A stretch of 64,000 bases of DNA from assembly GCA_020891255.1 (NCBI GenBank), contig BQFW01000003.1, positions 930,001 to 994,000 of the forward strand. Reading direction: 5' to 3'. How positions within the stretch are numbered: the stretch's first letter is position 1; each line of letters begins with the position of its first letter. The translations under genes were made by a program, and so were the position numbers. The DNA comes from Entomortierella parvispora E1425. Taxonomy: Eukaryota; Fungi; Mortierellomycota. Positions 40,798 through 49,753 of the stretch are shown here, piece after piece. The notes under the pieces were generated by a model. It did not search any database. It worked only from the letters and a program-made list of their open reading frames with translations, and was not told the origin of the DNA.

Positions 40798-41291
40798 ACG
40801 CGAAAACCAAAAGACTAGGGGCTGTGTGTGGGTAGTTGCGAGTTTCTGAAGCGAAAGTGACACTTGTTGCGTTGGTGAAGCGAGCGCCTTCACACGGGAA
40901 TCCGGAGAAGGAGAATGAACAGGTCGAGACGTGGGGAACCTTGATCAAACTGTCTTGACGCGTCCTTGAAAGTGGCCTCAAGTAAAGGTCAATGGATCGA
41001 TTGAGTCCATGAAGAAATCACATTTGGTTTCCTGGACTTGAGTCGAGAGAGGCGACGGCCAAGAAAGGAGCCAAGAGCGAGAGGCGAGACTGCAGAGATT
41101 GGAGGAAAGAAGGAAAGACGGAAGAAGGAACGAGAGGGGCATGGTGGCACGCACAGCTGGGCGAGTGACGACTTAAGGGTGTACCGTGCTCGTGCAGGGT
41201 CCATGTCTGGACGAAGCCAGCGAGGCGCGGAGTTGGAAATTGGTCCAAGATTCCACTCAGCATTCCATCAACATTCCATCAACATTCCATC
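40798..41291 (+). repeat. Left arm of a 494-bp inverted repeat
   Basis: Reverse complement of 44381-44874; one mismatch seen (GGGAATCC vs GGGTATCC). The inner end carries (AACATTCCATC)-type repeats x3. Confidence 0.95.
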
Positions 41292-41483
41292 ACGATCCCT
41301 CGTTGTTGCATTCGGCTTTACTGGTCAGGTGAGTGGACTCTCTTCATGCATGATGCATCGGCTTGACCAGCCAAGTTCCAACTCCACATTTGTCGACGCG
41401 ACGCATGATGCATTTTAGAGAGCGTTCAGATCTTCAGAGATGTGTGGCCCTTAACACGCTAGCACCAGCCACTGTGCCTCGGT

Positions 41484-41600
41484 GTGCCACCCTGCACACC
41501 TCTTGCCCTCTCGCTCCTTCCCTCTCTCTCGCCTCTCTCGTTCTCGAATCCTTCCTCGGCCGTCGCCTCCTCGACTCAAGTTTAGGTGATTTTTTCATGG
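41484..41600. repeat. Diverged partial third copy of the IR-arm sequence, oriented like the right arm
   Basis: GTGCCACC...GGCCGTCGCCTC(T)CTCGACTCAAGT...TGATTT.TTCATGG aligns by eye with ~44522-44665. Confidence 0.7.
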
Positions 41601-41907
41601 CCATTAAATTAATCAACTTCTCCGTTCAATCGGCTTCAAGGTTCAAAACGCGCCTTCCAGGTAATGTCACAATAGTTGGTTCTTGCATACATTCCTTTAG
41701 GCACACTGCAGTCCGCACAGATTGTCGAACGAAAGCGACCTGCATTTAAAGTGGAAAATAAAAACTAATAAGAAGCCATGGGTCGAGACATTGAATTTCA
41801 CTGATCTCTCAATCACCTGACTGGCTAAGGAATGACTAAGGAATGGCTATGCAAAATGCAAAACTGAGCTTAGCCTCTAAGTAATGGCTAAGCAAAATGT
41901 CTCCACC

Positions 41908-42970
41908 TCTGTCCACACATTGTGTGGACGGGCCATTCATTCCCTTGATCTTCCTCACTCTTTCTGTCCACACATTGTGTGCACGGGCCATTCATTCCCT
42001 TGATCTCCCTCTCTTACTCTGTCCACACATTGTGTGGACGAGCCATTCGTTCCCTTGATCTCCCTCTCTCTTTCTGTCCACACATAGTGTGGACGAGCCA
42101 TTCGTTCCCTTGATCTCCCTCTCTCTTTCTGTCCACACATTGTGTGGACGAGCCATTCATTCCCTTGATCTTCCTCTCTTACTCTGTCCACACAATGTGT
42201 GGACGAGCCATTCATTCCCTTGATCTCTGTCTCTCTTTCTGTCCACACATTGTGTGGACGGGCCATTCATTCCCTTGATCTCCCTCTCTTACTCTGTCCA
42301 CACATTGTGTGGACGAGCCATTCATTCCCTTGATCTTCCTCTCTCTTTCTGTCCACACATTGTGTGGACGAGCCATTCGTTCCCTTGATCTCCCTCTCTC
42401 TTTCTGTCCACACATAGTGTGGACGAGCCATTCGTTCCCTTGATCTCCCTCTCTCTTTCTGTCCACACATTGTGTGGACGAGCCATTCGTTCCCTTGATC
42501 TTCCTCTCTTACTCTGTCCACACATTGTGTGGACAGGCCATTCATTCCCTTGCCTCTCTTACTCTGTCCACACATTGTGTGGACGAGCCATTCGTTCCCT
42601 TGATCTCCCTCTCTCTTTCTGTCCACACATAGTGTGGACGAGCCATTCATTCCCTTGATCTCCCGCTCTCTTTCTGTCCACACATTGTGTGGACGGGCCA
42701 TTCCTTCACCTGATCTCCCTCTCTTACTCTGTCCACACATTGTGTGGACAAGCCATTCATCCCTTGATCTTCCTCTCTTACTCTGTCCACACATTGTGTG
42801 GACGAGCCATCCATTCACCTGATCTTCCTCTTTCTTCCTGTCCACGCGTTGTATGGACGAGCCATTCCTTCACCTGATCTCCCCCTCTCTTTCTGTCCAC
42901 ACATTATGTGGACGGGCCATTCATTCCCCTGATCTTCCTCTCTCCTTCTGTCCACACATTGTGTGGACGG
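41908..42970. repeat. 55-bp tandem minisatellite with a 19-bp palindromic core, 20 cores
   Basis: Consensus GTCCACACATTGTGTGGACGAGCCATTCATTCCCTTGATCTCCCTCTCTCTTTCT. Cores start at 41911, 41966, 42021 ... 42950, at 55-bp spacing except one 50-bp and one 54-bp unit. Confidence 0.97.
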
Positions 42971-43600
42971 CCTTCGAGTCGCCTAATCCCCCTCTCACCC
43001 TGTCTTTACAATTGAGGTGACGGCGATGCCTTTTGACGGAAGCGATCTCCTTCCTTTAACGTGATGTGTGTTTTGACTTCGGAATGCAGGCAGTAGTTAA
43101 TGTGCACGGAAGGCCCTAGAGTTGTTATGCTGGATTGTATGTGCCAGAACCTGGATCGAGGATCGGCTCGGTCCCCAGACTCTACTACGAAAGTTATAGC
43201 CAAAGCAACATTCAACAGGTTTGAAGCTATCGTTGGCATTTAACGTACCCGTCATGCCTTAACTCTCGATTGTTACATTTAACTCGCATTTTACGCGTTC
43301 GTTTGGTGGCACAACCTGGTCGAATCCACATGTGTTGCTTCAAAATCCCTGAGGCTTTATCGATCGCCTGAACAATGCATCCTTGTCTTCACATCCGCGA
43401 TATCGCCCTTCTGTCACTCGCATCCTCTCTTGATGTCGACAACCAGTCCCTTCGACCGTTGCAATTACTTTGCTTTTGTGTTATTTGCAGCCTATGACTG
43501 TCCAGGAGATTTATTACTCAATTGCAGCACCTCTGGCACTTCCAGGGGGCATTATCCGCTGATGGGATGACCGCCGATGCAACAATGCATTAAGATTTTT

Positions 43601-44374
43601 TTACGAGGCCATACTTCTGAGTTTTTTCAAGACAGCTGGCTTGACGATTGTGTTGTTGAGGGAGGTAATCTCGCCACTCAAAGCCCCAGCAAGGTCTGTA
43701 AGGCATTTGCATACAGGTTTGGAGACTGGGAACGTCTCCTCTTCTTTCATCAACTCGACCATTCGTTGGACAATTTTGAACGTGTTACCTGACTTCGCCT
43801 TGCAGCAACTCAACATTTCCATGACTCGTTGCTTGGCTATCCTGCGCTCTGAGTACATCTGATAGAAAACAAAGGCCGCAACCTTTATGCCCGACCATTC
43901 ATTTTTGCACTTGAAGGCATACAGGGTCTTGAGGGTGACTGGCATTGTTGTATGATGATTCAAGAGCGGATGAACTGCCGCGTACGGTGCCATTGTCACC
44001 TCCTCGTCATACTTGGACCTGAGCTGCCGCGGCATTGTGTTATAAAAGTTGGTTGTTGGTCTGCTCTTTATCCACTCGTAAGATGTCTTTTTGACCAAAA
44101 CTCGTGAATTTGGCCTTGGCTCAAAGGTTTTGTTGTCAGGACCGATGGTCACGGTGCCGTCTGTTAAGGTAGCGGACATTGTTACCAAAATAGACCACCT
44201 TATGCCAATCACCATGACTTTGTGGCAACTGTCATGGTTTACGTTCCTCGCTATGAAAGCACTCAGGCCCTGTGGTGAATCAAGTCCTTGACTGTGCGGG
44301 TCCTCGTGGGTTGCTGTTCCATTTACCTCCACCTTTAGAGCGAGTAGAACCTCGCCGCCAGACTGTATAAGCAT
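43601..44374 (-). CDS. Hypothetical 257-aa ORF inside the IR cassette (possibly a truncated element gene)
   Basis: Intronless open frame with ordinary, globular-looking composition. The ATG lies 7 bp from the inner end of the right IR. No family recognised. Confidence 0.4.
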   Translation of the reverse strand: MLIQSGGEVLLALKVEVNGTATHEDPHSQGLDSPQGLSAFIARNVNHDSCHKVMVIGIRWSILVTMSATLTDGTVTIGPDNKTFEPRPNSRVLVKKTSYEWIKSRPTTNFYNTMPRQLRSKYDEEVTMAPYAAVHPLLNHHTTMPVTLKTLYAFKCKNEWSGIKVAAFVFYQMYSERRIAKQRVMEMLSCCKAKSGNTFKIVQRMVELMKEEETFPVSKPVCKCLTDLAGALSGEITSLNNTIVKPAVLKKLRSMAS

Positions 44375-44380
44375 TCTCTC

Positions 44381-44874
44381 GATGGAATGTTGATGGAATG
44401 TTGATGGAATGCTGAGTGGAATCTTGGACCAATTTCCAACTCCGCGCCTCGCTGGCTTCGTCCAGACATGGACCCTGCACGAGCACGGTACACCCTTAAG
44501 TCGTCACTCGCCCAGCTGTGCGTGCCACCATGCCCCTCTCGTTCCTTCTTCCGTCTTTCCTTCTTTCCTCCAATCTCTGCAGTCTCGCCTCTCGCTCTTG
44601 GCTCCTTTCTTGGCCGTCGCCTCTCTCGACTCAAGTCCAGGAAACCAAATGTGATTTCTTCATGGACTCAATCGATCCATTGACCTTTACTTGAGGCCAC
44701 TTTCAAGGACGCGTCAAGACAGTTTGATCAAGGTTCCCCACGTCTCGACCTGTTCATTCTCCTTCTCCGGATACCCGTGTGAAGGCGCTCGCTTCACCAA
44801 CGCAACAAGTGTCACTTTCGCTTCAGAAACTCGCAACTACCCACACACAGCCCCTAGTCTTTTGGTTTTCGCGT
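44381..44874 (-). repeat. Right arm of the 494-bp inverted repeat
   Basis: Reverse complement of 40798-41291. Confidence 0.95.
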
Positions 44875-46320
44875 GAAGTCAAGGCTCCTGTCGCCGCCCA
44901 AACCCCTGTTCCCACCTCGGCCACTCAACCCCATTAGTTCCTCCCTCCGCTTCCCCTCTTGACTTCCCCTGCCCTCTTACATATATACTCGCTCAAGACG
45001 AGATCCTCATCTCCTCTAATAGCTGTTTTTCCCGCTGAGGTCCTCGCTTCACCAGTCCCATCGTCGTCTCCCTTTGTACCCGCCTTCCTATAGATCCTTG
45101 CCTCAACGCTCTCAAGTTCACTCTTCATCCAGAATCCCCATCGCTATTCTCCATTATTTTCTTCTTCTGTCTTGCAGGTCGTCGCAAGTGCATGTTTTTT
45201 TATATTTATGTCTATCGCTTGCGCGATCTAGACTCAGAACTACTCGCGCTTTTCCGCTTCCACCATGCAAAAGCCCGTCGTGTCCAGTGCTGATATGGTA
45301 TTTGGATGGATATCTGGAAAAGCCACTTCGAGTTGACGTGTGCAGCGAGTACTCTTAAGCGTTATCAAGAGGGTGAACGTTGGGGTACAAGGGTATCGTG
45401 GTAAGACGTGGCCCCACGGAGACCAACGGCCGAAAAATAAATCAGATCCCGATAACCTCCTTTCTTTTGAGATGAAAGGGCGTGCGCACGTACCCATCGT
45501 CGTCCCTCCAATGACACTAAGCAATAAAGTCAACGGCGAGAAGAAGTTTACGCGTCTTGGAAGGCTATATCCTTAGATGAGTGCAGGGTACTGCCAAGAT
45601 CTACTCTTATTGCGATAAATTGGTTCATCTCTTCTGACAATATCAACCACGCGACGCGCTGACGATTTCCTTCGGCATGGAATATGGAATGTCACTAACA
45701 AAGGCACCAAGGCAGCCATCTATCGGTAACCATACATCGGATATCCTTCCTCACCCCGCATGTTCATTAATGACACCATTGTGGCATCAACTGGCTTCTA
45801 GGAACTCAACAGCGGTGAAATTTGTTGTTGGTGAAAGCAATCTTTTATTCTCTTCCGATTCCCCTTGTATTGATCGCCTTCTTGTCCCAGTCAAAGCAAC
45901 AGGGGGACGGGCACCATTCTGCAGATCCCTTTCCCCCCGTCCCCTCTCCCAGTGCTCGTTAAACATCCCTCCGTCTTTTCCTCGCCTAAATAAACAAAGG
46001 AAGGAGAGTTGCTGCCTGCTCCTCTTTTTTATTCCTCCACTCCAGCAATCCACATATCAGTCACAATTCTGGCTCTGATCAGCCCCATGCAGGTGCCTGG
46101 TCCATTGATATCGTTTTATCACTTCATTGCTCTTTTACCTTTTCTCTGTTCCTTCGTTCTTTCCTCTCTTCCACCTTCCTTCCTGCGATCGACTTTGCAA
46201 ACACTCCACCAGTGTCTGCACCTGTAAAGCAACTCTATCAACAGTCCCCTTCCGTCGATCGATCAGTCTTGGGACCTCTTTTGACCTTCTTCATCCACGG
46301 TTGGACCAGTCAATTCAACC

Positions 46321-49300
46321 ATGGCGCCTCGCTTTGGCTCAGGAAAGGGTGCGAAACGCCACAATGAAACTGAGATGAGCAACATGACAGAGATAAACGC
46401 AGCCACCACAGTCGCCTCAGCGAACGATATCCACAATGCACGCGGTGTCATGGCGCCATCTTCACCATCAACCAACCCTCTTGGCGTTATGGTTCACAAG
46501 GAGTCATATACCTCCGAGACTTCGACCTCCTCGTCAACGTCCTCTCTTTTGAACGATACCAACAAAAATCTGGCCTCACAGGGATTGCCAGTCTCGGGCA
46601 AGATCGAGACTGTGGAGACTGGATTGAGCGCAGCCACTTCTGACGGAGGAGACATCTTGAAGGATGAACATGGACGAGAGATTTCGCCGATCGCCGAGGT
46701 TGCAGCCGTGGTCGCCAACACGGACGATCCTTTCATCCCATGTCTAACGTTTCGATTCTGGGTCATGGGACTGGTCTCCATCTTTGCGTTGTCTTTTGTC
46801 AACCAGGTAAAGGAAAAAAAAGGAGAGGTTGTTCGGGATGATAAATTTGATGAATGAGTGGGTGTCTAAACAGAAAGACGGGCAGTTATATGGCTGCGGT
46901 TCAAGTTGAACGATGAAAACGCACATGCAGAAAAAAAAAAAAAAAAAGGGGTGAAGACAGCAGAGGTTCTCAATTTTTATTCAGCATACTCATCAGCTTC
47001 TCTATCACCTATACGACTCCTAACAACGTTTCCGGATCTCCCGTGTTCAGTTCTTGTAAGTGTTGCGCCGACTGGCCGTAATCCAAAGGATCAAGATGTC
47101 TGCTCAGGAGAAGAACGCAAAAGGTCCTCTTTTAACTTGTTCCTTTGGCAATTTAGTTTCTTCCGTGATGCACCCATGTCTGTGGGATCCTTGGCGATCC
47201 AGCTTCTCTCCTTTCCGTAAGTCCATGAAGCCTCCAGGACGGGAACAAATAAAAAAGGAAGCAATCAGTGGGAAGCGCTCGCTCGCAGATAACTCTATGA
47301 TCTCTGCACTGCCAGTTCGTAATCAAGCATCTCAAACTGATTTGCCGATTCCCCCTTTTCATCTGTCCAATAGAGTGGGTACTTTTATGGCCCGTGTGTT
47401 GCCGACACGAGAATTTAGCATGTTTGGATGGAAGTTCACGATGAACCCAGGACCATTCAATGTCAAGGAGCATGTGCTTATCACTATCATTGCCAATTGT
47501 GGAGCAGGAACCGCCTACGCCGTCGACATTATCGTCATCCAACGCGTGTTTTATCAGCAAGACTTTGGATTCTTGGCCAATCTCCTTCTGATTCTGACGA
47601 CACAGTTGGTGGGCTATGGTATGGCGGGTATCCTCCGTCGGTATTTGGTTTACCCTGCAGCCATGATCTGGCCCTCCAATCTGGTAACAGTGGCCTTGTT
47701 CAACACTCTGCACCAAAAAGAGGAGATCTCGCCAGGGCAGTGGACTCGACAAAAGTTTTTCGCCGTGATCGCGATCGGTTCGTTTTGCTACTACTGGATT
47801 CCAGCCTATATCTTCCCTGTCATTACGTCGTTGACGTTGCTGTGCTACATCAACCCGTCGAATGTAGTTCTTTCGCAATTGACAGGATCTCAGGGTCTGG
47901 GTATCGGCGTCCTTGCTCTGGACTGGAACACCATCACGGCCTTCCTTGGATCGCCCCTGATCACACCATGGTGGGCGCAGGTGAACATTATGATTGGATT
48001 CATTATGATGGCCTGGGTCATGGTCCCGATCGCGTACTACCTCAACATCTGGAATGCGAAACAGTACCCAATCTTGACTTCAAAGTTGTTCACAACGGAG
48101 GGCTACTTTTACGACACGCTCTCGATCCTGACCCCGGCCAAGACTCTGGATGAGCCGGTTTATCATGCCTATGGACCTCTTCGGATCGCAACCTTCTTTG
48201 GTCTCAGGTACAAACTCCCTTTTTTGTTCTCTTGTGAATAATCACTAAGGCAATCGCTGGCGAATCTCTGGCACAGATGGCGTATATCTTACTACCTTTC
48301 AACTTGTAACTGTAGTTATGGTGTTGGATTCGCAGGTTTGACTGCAATCATCACCCACACATTCCTCTACCACCGGAAGCAGATCTGGGCGCAGTGGAAA
48401 CAAGCACGGGGATCCAGTCAAGGTAGGACAAAGGGCAACACGTTTTTGTACAGTACATCCACACGAGGATAAAGCTGACAATCCTGTTTATGTTTCTCTT
48501 TGATAGATGTTCACTATAAGCTGATGCAGGCGTACAACGAGGTGCCGGAATGGTGGTACTTGGCCTTGTTTGCCATCATGGTCTCTTTGGCGATTGTCAC
48601 CTGTGAGGTTTGGGACTATGGTCTGCCTTGGTGGTGTGTCTTGCTCGCAGTAGGGATCTCTGCCATGTTTGCCCTCCCCATCGGCCTGATCCAGGCGGTC
48701 ACGAACCAGCAACCAGGATTGAACATTCTCACGGAGTTTGTCATTGGTTACATTTTGCCGGGACGGCCGATCGCTAATGTGACATTCAAAACCTACGGTT
48801 ACATTTCCATGGCCCATGCCATGGCCTTTCTCGGAGACCTGAAACTAGGTCAATACATGAAAATCCCACCCAGGATCATGTTTACGGTCCAGCTCATCGG
48901 CACCGTTATTGCCGGGTTCGTGAACCTGGTAACGGCCAACTGGCTCCTGTCTAGCCGTCCCAATATCTGCACACAGGAAGGATTCCCTTGGACCTGCCCT
49001 GGAGCCAACGTCTTCTTCTCGGCCTCGGTGATCTGGGGTGTGATTGCTCCGGAAAGGATGTTTGGAACCAGTTCCATCTATCATCCGCTCATGTACTTTT
49101 TCATCTTTGGGCTTTTCATCCCCTTCCCCTTCTATTTCATCTCCAGACGATTCCCAGGGACAATCCTCGATCGCATTCATACCCCAGTCTTGCTCACGGC
49201 AACAGGCATGATGCCTCCTGCCCACCCATACCAATACGCGAATTGGCTGACCGTAGGCTTTGTGTTCCAGTACTGTGTACGAAGATACAGGTCTGAATGG

Positions 49301-49513
49301 TACCAGCGTTTCAACTATGTCATGTCCGCAGCCCTGGACTCTGGTGTCGCCATCTCGGCCCTTGTCATCTTCTTTACTCTGCAGGTCCACGGCATAGACT
49401 TTCCATCCTGGTGGGGCACCAACATGAACCATTGTCCGCTCGATAAGGCAAACTTCAATGGACAGATCCTCACCAACCGCCCCAAGACCGTACCTATCCA
49501 ACGGCCGATCTAA
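46321..49513 (+). CDS. OPT-family oligopeptide transporter (Isp4/Opt-like)
   Basis: SPIAEVAAVVANTDDP, LTFRFWVMG, NPGPFNVKEHVLITI, YPAAMIWPSNL, EVPEWWY, QPGLNILTE, GDLKLGQYMKIPPR, NYVMSAALDSG. Confidence 0.95.
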
Positions 49514-49591
49514 GATCATCTCCACGACCTGCTTCTGTACCAATAAAGATTCCCCTCTCAAGAATGACCGATTTTGTTATTTAACGATGAT

Positions 49592-49626
<35 letters not shown>

Positions 49627-49753
49627 GCTTAATAACTTGCTGTTTCTATCCTATTTGTAAGTCACTTCTTCCACCCTTCATCTTCGGTCCCAGCGTTACT
49701 CCATGGCTACGCGGTGCTACGTTGTCGTGTTGTTTTTTGTTATATAGGGTGAA

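Larger units (their letters stand above)
40798..44874. mobile_element. Putative long-TIR (foldback-like) non-autonomous element or invertible cassette
   Basis: 494-bp terminal inverted repeats enclose a tandem array and an ORFan in a gene-free interval. No TSD and no recognisable transposase. Confidence 0.45.

Noticed and set aside
41038-41418. R/E/K-rich ORFs in the IR arms (41038-41418 plus strand and 44335-44634 minus strand)
   Set aside because: They start at TTG, lie in purine-rich sequence and diverge immediately beyond the arm; there is no support for a protein.
41909-41931. Paired actinobacterial DnaA-box-like nonamers (CTGTCCACA / TGTGGACG[A/G]) in each unit
   Set aside because: It matches a loose consensus only. 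There are no bacterial genes or oriC context nearby, so it is treated as coincidence.
41955-42877. ORFs of 60-190 aa across the tandem array
   Set aside because: These are by-products of a 55-bp unit (not a multiple of 3) cycling through frames; there is no sign of coding selection.
41908-42970. CRISPR array (palindromic repeat at regular spacing)
   Set aside because: The intervening 36-bp segments are near-identical rather than unique spacers, there are no cas genes, and the context is a eukaryotic chromosome.
40780-44890. Target-site duplication or a known TIR superfamily (hAT, Mutator, Tc1, CACTA, Fanzor/IS630)
   Set aside because: The flanks (GGAGATACTTG / GAAGTCAAGG) share no direct repeat, the termini match no diagnostic end sequence, and no DDE or RuvC motifs were seen.
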